Of a stretch of DNA of 64,000 bases, positions 7,936 through 17,917 are shown one piece after another; the stretch's first letter is position 1; each line of letters starts with the position of its first letter. The DNA comes from a virus, in IMG/VR virus record IMGVR_UViG_3300004280_000281, positions 3,197-67,196 of that record. One strand, written 5' to 3'. A program made the translations under genes and the position numbers. The notes under the pieces are model-generated. The model made no database searches. It worked only from the letters and a program-made list of their open reading frames with translations, and was not told the origin of the DNA.

Positions 7936-10752
7936 ATGCCATTAATGTCAGCCGCACTATCTGGAAAACTTTCGCACTGGTACGATATGCAGACCTGTGA
8001 CCTGGGAGATCTAACCAATGGAAACACCATTCTCGATAGAATAGGCGGAGCTAATACTGCACTAGCATTGGGCGCATCTTATGCTGTACTATCTCAGGTT
8101 TCAGGAATGGACGGAAGCGGAATCCAGAGCCAAATAAGCGCTAGTTTCTCGAATGGAGAAACCATAGTTGCTCCCATGATTCATGTATATGCGTCTGACA
8201 CAAGTCAGAAAAGTACATCATTGTGGGGCCCAGGATCCGGATCCTTCACGTTGACATACTGGGACTGGGCAGAAGAAAACTACGGAACCCAAACCCTGTA
8301 CGGGCCATCGCTATCAGAAAATTCCAGCCTCCCAGCGCAAGATTTCAGTCTTCTAACAAGGTTTCAAAATGGAGAAATGTATGTACAGGCATACAAGACC
8401 AGCTCCGAGCAAACCTCAGCAAACGTGACAGTCACGCCAGAGAGTGGAAGATGGAATCACTGGGCATGGGTAGTTGACAAGGCTGCTGGAGACATTGACC
8501 TATATGTCAACGGAAGCGGATTTCCAATGATGAGCGGGCAGTCACACGTTCAACTCATGAATTACCCTGGCAGAGACCAGTCCGTTCGTTCGGACGCCTC
8601 ATTGAACTTCCACGATTTCGTTGGGAGCAGATCCAGTCAGTCCGCAGGGACTCAGCTTGGGCTAGCTGGATACAAAATGGACAGCCTAGGAGTATTCGGA
8701 GAGGCTCTAACAAGTGGAAACATTGTTGACCTATACAATGGCGGAGCTGGTGTTTTCCTGGGAACATATGATGACAGCATCAGCGAACCGTTCACAGGAC
8801 TTCAGCACTATTACAACTTTGAAGACACTTCTCCAATCTCATCAGGCTCAACACTGACAGACATAAAAGGCAGCGCAGACCTAACCCTTGAAGTTCTAAG
8901 AGGGGGAGCAATTGGAGATGGGTCAAATGAGTTCTATCTAGAGTCTGGCGCAGGAATCTCTGGACAGGCAACCTCTGGAAACCAAGACGGAGACTGGAAC
9001 TTCACTAGAGAGATTTACTCCAGTGGAGTGGGTCAAGATGCAGCTTGGAACATTGCTGCAAGTGGAGAAGACTACTCCATCTCATTCTGGAAAAAAGGAA
9101 ACTCTGGAGGAACAGACAGGGGCTTATTCGGAATTGGAAACAAGGATAGGTCAGACTTTCAGACTTACGGACATATTGCAAGGGGAGTGTTCGATGTCAG
9201 TGATAACTTCTGGTATCAAGGTCAGATTGGTCGCCAAGGCAGTACCGTTACCAACCTTAACGTAGCTGGAGCATTCACTGGTTGGCAGCATTATGTTATT
9301 TCTGTAAATAGGAATGATCTGTCCCAGGTCACCACCTGGAGAAACGGAGCAGTAATCTCAACCAAGCTCCACAATGATGCTGGCCCAGCTCTCTCATATC
9401 TAGGCTACGAACCAAACAACAACTATGAGTTCTCACTCATGGGAGTAGAAACATGGGACGGGATCACGGACAATGGAATTCATGATGACCCTGTAAACAT
9501 AGACGAATTCGGCCTTTGGAATGTAGCACTAGACCAAAGACATGTTGACCTGCTTTACAACTCAGGATCAGGAACCTTCTATGAGTTTACACCAGAGGTT
9601 GCAACAGGGGCGTCAACCGGAACACTTGGAGGCTTCGTTGACTCGGTACTATTGTCAACCGGATCCTCAGCAGGAACACTAGGTGGTTTTGTAATTGCAG
9701 ACCCAATAGTTTCGTCTGGTTCATCGTCTGGAACGCTAGGAGTATACACAGCTGGAACCCATATATCAGTAGGATCAACAAGTGGAGATCTGGGAGTATA
9801 CGTAGAAGCAGTAAAACTGGAAACAGGATCAGCCTCAGGAGACATAGGAGCCTACATTGAGGCAGATCCAGTAGTGTCATCAGGAGCCACCACAGGAACC
9901 TTGGGGGGATACGTCCTTGCAGATCCCGTTGTCTCATCAGGATCATTCGCTGGAACACTAGGAGGATTCGTACTAGCAGACCCAGTTGTTTCATCCGGTT
10001 CATCATCTGGCTCACTAGGGGCGTACATTTCAACAGTAGCCGTGATATCATCAGGCTCAGCAACAGCAACTATTGGTGGATACGTAGTAGCAATACCTCT
10101 AGCAGATCCGACAGGGGTAATAACCATACCATCTCCCCCTGTGACCGTATACAGCTGGGACACGTCGAAGCCAGACCCATCAGGATTAAGACACATCGAG
10201 TCAGGCCCATACCTTCCAGCAGCAAATCTTGGAACGGTAGGTGGATTCAATAAGGCAGCAGCGAGTGGAACACCTCTCACGATGCTTAGCCAGGACGACC
10301 TAGCTCCATCCGCCACTGTAGTTGGCGAGACAAAAGCACTAACTGTAGGACTAGGACAGCCCAGCGGAGTAAACTTCGATAACGCATCAGCTGGGGACAT
10401 AGTTGACGGATTAAGAATCTACAATGTTAAAATGTGGATGAACGATACTTCAGATATTTCAGCATCCGGAATATCACCCTTGACATACTACAGAAAAGAT
10501 AGCACATGGACAGAGGGTATCGCACTTACTAGCGCATCTAGTGGAGTAGCCCAGGTTCCCACTACGCTGGCGTCAGGAATTGACCTTGGGTCGATTGAGA
10601 ATACAGGATTAGACTCTTCAGTAACCGATTATGTCTACTTGTTCATTGAGCTTCCATCTGGAACATACGGAACTGGAGCACTGGGCGGAACAAACGGAGG
10701 ATACTCTCTAAGAATATCATACGACTACACTGAAGAAGGGAAGCTTCTATAA
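7936..10752 (+). CDS. Fibre/adhesin-like virion protein with two LamG/ConA-like lectin domains, repeat stalk and C-terminal SRHL-family domain
   Basis: LamG-like motifs WNHWAWVVD..LYVNG, MDSLGVFGEALT...LYNGG, WQHYVISV, IDEFGLWNVAL...LYNSGSG; ATG at 7936 follows the upstream TAA. Confidence 0.72.
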   Translation: MPLMSAALSGKLSHWYDMQTCDLGDLTNGNTILDRIGGANTALALGASYAVLSQVSGMDGSGIQSQISASFSNGETIVAPMIHVYASDTSQKSTSLWGPGSGSFTLTYWDWAEENYGTQTLYGPSLSENSSLPAQDFSLLTRFQNGEMYVQAYKTSSEQTSANVTVTPESGRWNHWAWVVDKAAGDIDLYVNGSGFPMMSGQSHVQLMNYPGRDQSVRSDASLNFHDFVGSRSSQSAGTQLGLAGYKMDSLGVFGEALTSGNIVDLYNGGAGVFLGTYDDSISEPFTGLQHYYNFEDTSPISSGSTLTDIKGSADLTLEVLRGGAIGDGSNEFYLESGAGISGQATSGNQDGDWNFTREIYSSGVGQDAAWNIAASGEDYSISFWKKGNSGGTDRGLFGIGNKDRSDFQTYGHIARGVFDVSDNFWYQGQIGRQGSTVTNLNVAGAFTGWQHYVISVNRNDLSQVTTWRNGAVISTKLHNDAGPALSYLGYEPNNNYEFSLMGVETWDGITDNGIHDDPVNIDEFGLWNVALDQRHVDLLYNSGSGTFYEFTPEVATGASTGTLGGFVDSVLLSTGSSAGTLGGFVIADPIVSSGSSSGTLGVYTAGTHISVGSTSGDLGVYVEAVKLETGSASGDIGAYIEADPVVSSGATTGTLGGYVLADPVVSSGSFAGTLGGFVLADPVVSSGSSSGSLGAYISTVAVISSGSATATIGGYVVAIPLADPTGVITIPSPPVTVYSWDTSKPDPSGLRHIESGPYLPAANLGTVGGFNKAAASGTPLTMLSQDDLAPSATVVGETKALTVGLGQPSGVNFDNASAGDIVDGLRIYNVKMWMNDTSDISASGISPLTYYRKDSTWTEGIALTSASSGVAQVPTTLASGIDLGSIENTGLDSSVTDYVYLFIELPSGTYGTGALGGTNGGYSLRISYDYTEEGKLL
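9601..10110 (+). repeat. About nine tandem 18-19 aa repeats (S/T-G-S-x-x-G-T-L-G-G-F/Y-V-x-A-D-P-V-V)
   Basis: Visible in translation, e.g. SSGATTGTLGGYVLADPVV SSGSFAGTLGGFVLADPVV SSGSSSGSLGAYISTVAVI. Confidence 0.9.
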
Positions 10753-11165
10753 TGAACTATGAAGTAGTAAGAATGGAAAACGAAACAAGGATAAAGATAG
10801 GCACCCTCCTTGGAATGAAAGAGATCAGGACTGGCGCACCAGGAGATGCAAAGATAACCTTTACGGCAACAACCGACATGCAGTCCTCTATGGGGAAGGT
10901 TATATCGGCAGACAACTCAGAGTCTTCCATAGTCGACACAGTATGGGATGGAAAGAGACAAATGATAAGATGTACGCCCGTAGGTGAGGTATCCTTAGGA
11001 GAAATGGTATGGACGCTAGAGCATCTTTCTCTAGATGGAAACATGGACATCGTTGCCAGTAAAAAAGAGCCATCCTTTGGCGACATAAACTTTATAAACC
11101 TAATTTGGGAAAACAAAAGAGCAAGAATAGACGTGCTCACTGGCGAGGTCAATACAAATGGCTAG
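10752..11165 (+). CDS. Hypothetical protein in virion module
   Basis: 137 aa ORF coupled by TAATG overlap. Confidence 0.6.
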   Translation: MNYEVVRMENETRIKIGTLLGMKEIRTGAPGDAKITFTATTDMQSSMGKVISADNSESSIVDTVWDGKRQMIRCTPVGEVSLGEMVWTLEHLSLDGNMDIVASKKEPSFGDINFINLIWENKRARIDVLTGEVNTNG

Positions 11166-11994
11166 TATAATAAAAACATCTACGGTCAACATGGAGGTTA
11201 CAGTCTATGCTAACTCAGACAATATAGCACACCAGACGACCAATGCGCCCCTACAGATTCTATTCGCCCCGACAACAAGTGGCGAATTCGGACAATCTCT
11301 AAGAGTAACAAGGACAGACAGCTCAGCAAACTTTGCAACGTTGTTCACCGTTGGAAAATCAGTGGTCCCAGTAGAGGGAACAATTGGAGCCGTAGTTGTC
11401 TCTGGAACTCATGCCTTTACAGAAGCAAGCGGAGTAGTCTACTCTGACGCAAGTGGAACCACGGTAACCATAAACGGATCATACCCATCTGGGTCAGACG
11501 TTCACAACGTTTCAGTAGACTTCTCAGAGGGAGACAGATCATCATACGGTGGGATAACAGTTTCCCCAAGCGGAACATTCTCTCAATCACACACATATTC
11601 GTATCCAGGAATCTTTCACATAACCCAGAGAGTACAGGGGTTAGACGGATCAGTAGATATGGACTCATTTAGACTCAACATGGCATCAGACCTATCAGGG
11701 TCAGGACTCGGGGCACTTACGATATCAGCCTCCCCAGAGAGTGGCTCAATCACATCTGTTTCAGGACTATCAATAGCAATGTCAGCAACAGGAGCATCCG
11801 GAGTGTCACTGGGGGCGACAGAAGACGAAAGCCTAATATGGAGACTGGGCAACCTTGAGAGAAGCAGCAAGACAAGTCTAACAACTCAATACTTTGAACC
11901 GGGTAATTACATCCCGATAGCTAACTACCTGTTTGCTGGACCATCAGGCTCCGTGTACATAAGTGACATTACATCGGCAGGGGCAAACGACTAA
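11158..11994 (+). CDS. Virion protein with PKD/Ig-like domains
   Basis: VDFSEGD...SHTYSYPGIFHIT and WRLGN...YFEPGNY resemble the PKD WDFGDG/HTY..PG.Y signature. Confidence 0.6.
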   Translation: MASIIKTSTVNMEVTVYANSDNIAHQTTNAPLQILFAPTTSGEFGQSLRVTRTDSSANFATLFTVGKSVVPVEGTIGAVVVSGTHAFTEASGVVYSDASGTTVTINGSYPSGSDVHNVSVDFSEGDRSSYGGITVSPSGTFSQSHTYSYPGIFHITQRVQGLDGSVDMDSFRLNMASDLSGSGLGALTISASPESGSITSVSGLSIAMSATGASGVSLGATEDESLIWRLGNLERSSKTSLTTQYFEPGNYIPIANYLFAGPSGSVYISDITSAGAND

Positions 11995-11997
11995 ATT

Positions 11998-12009
11998 CGT
12001 ATAATATAG
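11998..12009 (+). promoter_or_regulatory. Putative phage late promoter CGTATAATATAG
   Basis: Intergenic, upstream of RBS AGGAG and ATG 12046; identical 12-mer at 19553. Confidence 0.6.
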
Positions 12010-12045
12010 TACAGGGTTTTATTTAGTGCCAACTAGGAGTAACAA

Positions 12046-15000
12046 ATGGCAGTCAGCGGAATTATCCCAGTCTCAGGACTGGACAATATCCACCAAGCAG
12101 AACTAGTAACTTCACCTGAGGGCCTATTCGGCTCCGGGTCAGGAGTCTTTCTATCCTCGGTAAATGCATCATTTGGATTCGGATCATCTCCTCACAGCTT
12201 TAGTTTAACGTATGTTCCATCTTCTTTTGAACACGAGCTTCTTCCATCCATTGGAACATTGGTGGATTTTACCATTGACAACTTCCTCGTAAAAGGCGCT
12301 GTAGTGCATGCAGACTACTCCAAGGACTCACAGGGAAACCTACTGTCTGTAACAGTAGAGGACCTTAGAAGCGGCCTGGGATACTTCTACATTGACACTG
12401 TGGGCATAAATGGAAGAAACGATACGCCAGAAACCAACACGGTAGATGTCCTAAATTGGTACAATACCACCACAGTTGCCCCAGCCACATCCGGAAGATC
12501 ATCCGCAGTCAGAGAGCTACAGAGGATAGAGGAAGACGGAGCAACCTACAGGCAGATATACAACGCAACAGAGTACTTCGAAAGCACTGTGGGCACGGTG
12601 TCGGGCCTGCTCTCCGCCCTACCTATCCCAGAAGTTGTTGAAAACCAGCTGTCAGGAGATCAAGACGCATATCGATGGAAGCTCGCCTCTGTGCCAGCCC
12701 TAGATGCAGTCGAGAAGATCTTCAGTGACCTATCTTACGATATCTACTGGAACATGGCTGATGCAAAGATCTCAGTAATAAACAGAAAATACAGCGTATC
12801 CATATCCAAGGACAATATTCCTTTCCCAGGGGACACAGCAGAGACAGTACATTTGAAATACGGAAACGATGAAGCCGACACTCCCAACAAGCTAAAGGTC
12901 TTGGGTCCAGGAATGGAAGGCATAGTTGGAAGCGGAAGACTTATCCCGACAAGCGGAGCATTTTCCGAATCTTATGACATGGGCATTACTGTCGGAGATC
13001 CAGTATTCGAAGCCGGGTGGAATAATGTGACTGTCAAATACTTCGGACCAGACGGATCTCTCCAAGAAGACACCCCGACAGACGACGAGCTAAGCGCAGC
13101 ACTCAAGTCCATTGAGTACTGGTCTCACGAGAAGAATCTAGAGAATAGAATAAGCACATCTGGTTACGTTCCGGGGTCAGGCGCTTTCGTAGGACAGGTT
13201 CCCGCAACAGAGTATTTGTCACAGATGACATCCAGATACAACTCTTCAAAAAGCTGGATCGTCGCATGGTACAACAAGATTAAATCTTTCGCAGAGACAC
13301 ATTATGGAAAGACATATATCCTAAAAACCGACTCCAGTCTATACAGCTATATCGACGATATTGACCTCGTAGGAGAAGCTTGGTGCAATATTGAAAACCA
13401 AGCAAGTGGAAACTTCGAAGATGGGTATAAGATTGACTCAACATACAATCTTCTTAGCCCATTCTACAATTCAAAGAGCAACAAGATGAAAGCTTACTGC
13501 GTCCTTCCCTCTGGAACGAAATGGGGAGTGACAGGAGAGGGTGTTCCTACTAGGTTCGAGAGCTGGAACGAAGATGCTTCAAATCAGTTTGTACCAATTA
13601 AAACAAAAATGTGGAAGTCTTCCAAGAACAGATTCGAATCCCCCATATTCGAATGGGGTAACAGCGAAAAGGGAATTTCAATAACTTTCCCCAACTTCTG
13701 TTACGACCCTAACGCTCCCAGGAATAGTGGACTGTTGGCAGTGTCCTCTGGCATATCGACTGCGAACAACGCATTCGAGACAGGAGACTGGACAGCCGAC
13801 TTCGCAGACCCGCTCTTGAACCCAGTACCATATTTAGAGCTCAACCCAGCCTCGGGACAGAGTGTTGCCCTGCCTATTAGAGTAAAGAGAAGATACGGAT
13901 ACGCATACCCCTCAGTGTGGACAAGTGGAACAGGAAGCAAGCTTCAGATTAGGATAGAAGACAGCTTCGCCCCATGGAATTATGAGCCACAGGGCGTAAC
14001 AAGCTCTGTCCAGAAGCTTGAGCGGGAAGTGTCGGCCTACTTAGCCTCACAAAAGATTGATACGCAGGATGCAACCCATGCAGAAGTCACAAAGGTCGGG
14101 CTTCCAGGAATGAGCTTCGACGATTTCTCAGTTCAAACCCTAGGATCCCAGGGTTACGGATCCATTAGCCATGGTATTACAAGCGTAAACGTGGGAAGAG
14201 GTGGCGGAGAGAACTGGAGGACTAAATACTCTGTAAAGTCACACTTTCCTCAGTTGGTCAAGGCTAAGCCAATTCAGAAAGATAGGGAAGAGGACCTATC
14301 CTTTGTCATTAAGCAGATTAAGCTTCGAATGGAAGATATAGATATAGACTTGAATCTAAAGACCGGCGGTGCATTTGCTCCAATTGATGACACTAGGCTT
14401 GGCTGGATGCAAGTAGAATCAAAGGCGGAGAAAAGATCTGTCCCAGTTACTATTGAAAACGTATACGATAGAGCGTCAGGAAATCCATACTACCTGTGTT
14501 CAGACGCCAGAGGTCGTGAGTACCCTAGAAACTTATCCCTAAACGCCGGAACCCAGTCTTCAAGGGAGGCACGTGCCATAGATGGCCTCCTGGACATAGG
14601 AATGGAATGCACATACCACTACGAGAGACTTGAGGACGGAACCATCGTTCAATGGTTCACCGGGGGAGTAAACCTAGGGGACTCCAAGGTTATGACTGTA
14701 ACATCAGACGTAAAGACAGTAGCCGTGGGCGGAACAGACTACTCCGTAGTAGACTTGGCAACAATTCCTACAGGAGGAGGAGTCGCTCTTGCCGTAACAA
14801 ACGTCCCACTTATAGATCAGACAAACACAGCAACTGTTACAAATGGAATCGTAGTGTCAGTAGCCTCACCGATGATCGATACAAACATTAGAACCTATGA
14901 CTTCACTCCAGCATCAGGGGGAGCAGCCGGTCTTTACGTTCAAAATCCAGGAGGTGGAACATCCCCCAGTGGAGCAGAGTTCGCAACAGTGACTACCGCC

Positions 15001-15273
15001 CCAGAGGCAGCATCCGGCACAGGTGGAGTCCTAACTACCTTCGACGTGGGCAACCTAACCTCTACAGTATACAATGACGCAGCAAGTGGAGTAAAAGTAA
15101 GCTTCGTAGGAATCGACCCCAAGATAGTTCAGTTGGGAGACGTTGGAATCCTCTCTGTAAGACCGGACACAGAACAGATAGTGCCAGGAGTTCCTGCGTC
15201 TGGAACAACTGCCATTACTCATGTACTATGTCACATCGTCAAGCCCACCTTCATAAACTACGGACTGGTGTAA
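12046..15273 (+). CDS. Large tail/baseplate protein
   Basis: 1075 aa; N-terminal SVNASFGFGSSPHSFSL...VTVEDLR resembles tail-tip/hub proteins; Ser/Gly-rich C-terminus. Confidence 0.6.
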   Translation: MAVSGIIPVSGLDNIHQAELVTSPEGLFGSGSGVFLSSVNASFGFGSSPHSFSLTYVPSSFEHELLPSIGTLVDFTIDNFLVKGAVVHADYSKDSQGNLLSVTVEDLRSGLGYFYIDTVGINGRNDTPETNTVDVLNWYNTTTVAPATSGRSSAVRELQRIEEDGATYRQIYNATEYFESTVGTVSGLLSALPIPEVVENQLSGDQDAYRWKLASVPALDAVEKIFSDLSYDIYWNMADAKISVINRKYSVSISKDNIPFPGDTAETVHLKYGNDEADTPNKLKVLGPGMEGIVGSGRLIPTSGAFSESYDMGITVGDPVFEAGWNNVTVKYFGPDGSLQEDTPTDDELSAALKSIEYWSHEKNLENRISTSGYVPGSGAFVGQVPATEYLSQMTSRYNSSKSWIVAWYNKIKSFAETHYGKTYILKTDSSLYSYIDDIDLVGEAWCNIENQASGNFEDGYKIDSTYNLLSPFYNSKSNKMKAYCVLPSGTKWGVTGEGVPTRFESWNEDASNQFVPIKTKMWKSSKNRFESPIFEWGNSEKGISITFPNFCYDPNAPRNSGLLAVSSGISTANNAFETGDWTADFADPLLNPVPYLELNPASGQSVALPIRVKRRYGYAYPSVWTSGTGSKLQIRIEDSFAPWNYEPQGVTSSVQKLEREVSAYLASQKIDTQDATHAEVTKVGLPGMSFDDFSVQTLGSQGYGSISHGITSVNVGRGGGENWRTKYSVKSHFPQLVKAKPIQKDREEDLSFVIKQIKLRMEDIDIDLNLKTGGAFAPIDDTRLGWMQVESKAEKRSVPVTIENVYDRASGNPYYLCSDARGREYPRNLSLNAGTQSSREARAIDGLLDIGMECTYHYERLEDGTIVQWFTGGVNLGDSKVMTVTSDVKTVAVGGTDYSVVDLATIPTGGGVALAVTNVPLIDQTNTATVTNGIVVSVASPMIDTNIRTYDFTPASGGAAGLYVQNPGGGTSPSGAEFATVTTAPEAASGTGGVLTTFDVGNLTSTVYNDAASGVKVSFVGIDPKIVQLGDVGILSVRPDTEQIVPGVPASGTTAITHVLCHIVKPTFINYGLV

Positions 15274-15274
15274 C

Positions 15275-17821
15275 ATGGCTGAATTCGTCTACCCATCTGG
15301 CGCTGGAGCATTGTGGCCTACCGGCTTCACGGCACCAACCTCCGGTGTAGCTTATGTACAGCCATTTTCCGGCGCATCGGGAAACCTATCAACACCATCC
15401 GGATCAGTGTACCCCATAGCTGTCCCAAGGATTGATCCAGGTGCGACATCTGGCACAGATGGAAACCAATACATTGTTCCCTACAGTGCCCAGCTGTTTT
15501 ATGCAGCATTAAGTGGAATCCAGGCAGAGTATGCAGAGCGAGAAGCAATAGAGCCAGAGTTCCATGCCTTCCATGACAAAGACAAAACATCATATGAGGT
15601 TTTGACAAGTTGGTCAGGGCTACTAAGTGCCCCACTGGAAAATTTCCACATGGTGGTGGAAGAGGCTCAGAACGCCATAAGTGGACTAGTCTGCATGGAC
15701 GGGTGGAATGACGACATGGAGGACTACCAGAGAAGAGTATTTGACTATAGGATTCTAATGTCAGGAGTCCCATCAGGAAATAGACTCAGTAACAATGTTT
15801 CCTATTACAACGTATCATCTGGCTCGACGGTAACTATCAACCCACTAGACAGGGCAAGGTCTGGTCTTTTCCCAATTAATGTGGAAGATGCAAAGAACCT
15901 ACATTCCCAATGGGGAGTAGCCGCTGACGGGTCAAGAACATACGGAACAGATGAGTTTGGAGCAAGCGGAGTAGCTGCTGGCGACCAATCAGAAAGAGAC
16001 CCTGAATTCCAGCAGCATGCCTTTGTGGGACACTTCGACTGGTTGGTTCAGAGTCTCATGTGGAGACCGCCTATTGTAGAGAGCTTCACGAAGGGGACCA
16101 ATACTACTGAGTCAAATTATGTTCAGTATGACAGAGGAAACTCAGCACTATCATCTGGCGCACCCAGCAGCTCTACAGTGTGGTGGCATGCAAACGATAC
16201 ACGTGATGACGGTGGGGCCCAGTCGGTCAACGATCCGCTAGCAGCTGGGTCAGGAACCATTCCAAACTCTGAGATACTTGGAGACCTTGGAGCGTGGAGA
16301 GTTGGAAAACCACTAATGAATAGACTAATGCCACTAGGAGGGTTGCCCCTGGGAGCAGATACTTCCGACACCCCAACCTCATTTTCTTGGAATCCTGACA
16401 CTTTGGAAATGTACGAACAGCACGATGTTCAAGCTATAAGCGGATCCCTTTCTTCAAACATTAAAGACTACTCAAAGTGGGTAACCGCATCAGGAATAGT
16501 TTATGACCCGGGCACTGGATATAGCGACGACTCAGCCGACAGGTTTTACAAGTCTCAGTCCAAGAGACATGGGTCCATAACAGGGTACTCTTTTGCAGGA
16601 TTACTAGATCCAGACCCAGGCGAACCAGGGTACATCTCTGAACCAACAGACCCAGGGTCAATCAGTCACAAGGCAGAGGCATTCCAGAGCGCAATATCTT
16701 GGATATCTCCAGCGGCATCTGGGCGATGGGAGGCAGCTGGATCTTCTGTTCAGGCGGGAAGTGGAATATCTTATCCAATAGGAAGCGGATCAGAAATAGT
16801 CATAGATGCGACCATTGACACACACGACTCCCCCTCTGGATGGGCAGTTCACAACGGTAGATCAGACTGGACAGGTCTCCATATTTGCGTTCAGACAAAC
16901 AAACATATACCTGAGGAGGTTGAAAACACCTCAACTGGGGCAGTAGCATCCTTGGGCTTTGACGAAAAAAGAAAGGGCGGAAGCCTTGACTCGTTCGACT
17001 CCTGGGTAGAGGGAGATACAAACACTCAGTTCAAGAAACTAGTGTACGTGGAGCAGAGCCAGCATTTAACCGGAGACATAGACCCAGCCTTTGATGCGTC
17101 TGGGCAGATCGCCAGTGGATATGACTACCTAAGAAGAACACCATCTCTGTTGAATACGTGCTATACAGAGGGCGGAAACCTAACAGCAATGGTGTATGAC
17201 AGTACAACAACCCTAGCAGTCGCCGGAAGTGTTACTCAAACAAACATTATGACAGGAGGAGAGTCTTTTTATGTATATGGAGATGTAAGACTCGCAAACG
17301 CCGGAGAGTCCTGGAGGGGAAACAACTACAGCTTTGCTTCTCTAAGCTCGACAACAGAGTGGAGCTACGGAATATCCGAGTCAGCAAGTGCAGCAAGCTA
17401 TCCAAGCGGGGTAGCCTTTACCACCTTAAAGCTTTCAGATTACTCCCCTGCATCAGGAACAGTATACACCCTGCCATTGTGGACAAAGTTTGAAGAGGAT
17501 ATGGCGGCACTGTCAACAGCATGGACCAGCGGAGCTATTGGATACTACTCACCAGACGCCGACCTTTCAGACGGAGGAAATCACTGGGACGCATTCTCAT
17601 CTGACGTAGATGTCTCGGGATGGAACGCTGCCGTCAATGGGGCAGATCCAATGTTTGGATACGCCGAGGATACAGGCGGAGCAACGATAGATGCAATAAC
17701 GCTATTAGATGTTGTAAGCAGTGGTCCAAACCACTGGCTAGGCACTAGCGGAGCTGGATACTCGGTAAGCTCTATCAGGTTGAAGTTTCCAGTCATACTC
17801 GGTCCAAGTGGCCTAAATTAA
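15275..17821 (+). CDS. Large Ser-Gly-rich virion protein
   Basis: 848 aa; acidic, about 30 SG dipeptides by eye; in structural operon. Confidence 0.55.
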   Translation: MAEFVYPSGAGALWPTGFTAPTSGVAYVQPFSGASGNLSTPSGSVYPIAVPRIDPGATSGTDGNQYIVPYSAQLFYAALSGIQAEYAEREAIEPEFHAFHDKDKTSYEVLTSWSGLLSAPLENFHMVVEEAQNAISGLVCMDGWNDDMEDYQRRVFDYRILMSGVPSGNRLSNNVSYYNVSSGSTVTINPLDRARSGLFPINVEDAKNLHSQWGVAADGSRTYGTDEFGASGVAAGDQSERDPEFQQHAFVGHFDWLVQSLMWRPPIVESFTKGTNTTESNYVQYDRGNSALSSGAPSSSTVWWHANDTRDDGGAQSVNDPLAAGSGTIPNSEILGDLGAWRVGKPLMNRLMPLGGLPLGADTSDTPTSFSWNPDTLEMYEQHDVQAISGSLSSNIKDYSKWVTASGIVYDPGTGYSDDSADRFYKSQSKRHGSITGYSFAGLLDPDPGEPGYISEPTDPGSISHKAEAFQSAISWISPAASGRWEAAGSSVQAGSGISYPIGSGSEIVIDATIDTHDSPSGWAVHNGRSDWTGLHICVQTNKHIPEEVENTSTGAVASLGFDEKRKGGSLDSFDSWVEGDTNTQFKKLVYVEQSQHLTGDIDPAFDASGQIASGYDYLRRTPSLLNTCYTEGGNLTAMVYDSTTTLAVAGSVTQTNIMTGGESFYVYGDVRLANAGESWRGNNYSFASLSSTTEWSYGISESASAASYPSGVAFTTLKLSDYSPASGTVYTLPLWTKFEEDMAALSTAWTSGAIGYYSPDADLSDGGNHWDAFSSDVDVSGWNAAVNGADPMFGYAEDTGGATIDAITLLDVVSSGPNHWLGTSGAGYSVSSIRLKFPVILGPSGLN

Positions 17822-17831
17822 CAAAAATAGA

Positions 17832-17840
17832 CGTATAATA
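17832..17840 (+). promoter_or_regulatory. Putative late promoter CGTATAATA
   Basis: Intergenic, upstream of strong RBS TAAGGAG and ATG 17918. Confidence 0.55.
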
Positions 17841-17917
17841 TTATAGCTAGCCCACTTAAGGCGAGCACAACCATGGTTTGGGACTAATTACCCCATCAAT
17901 TAAATAAGGAGCCTATA

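Noticed and set aside
7936-17821. Diversity-generating retroelement targeting fibre genes
   Set aside because: No reverse transcriptase and no adenine-variant TR/VR pair noticed in the window
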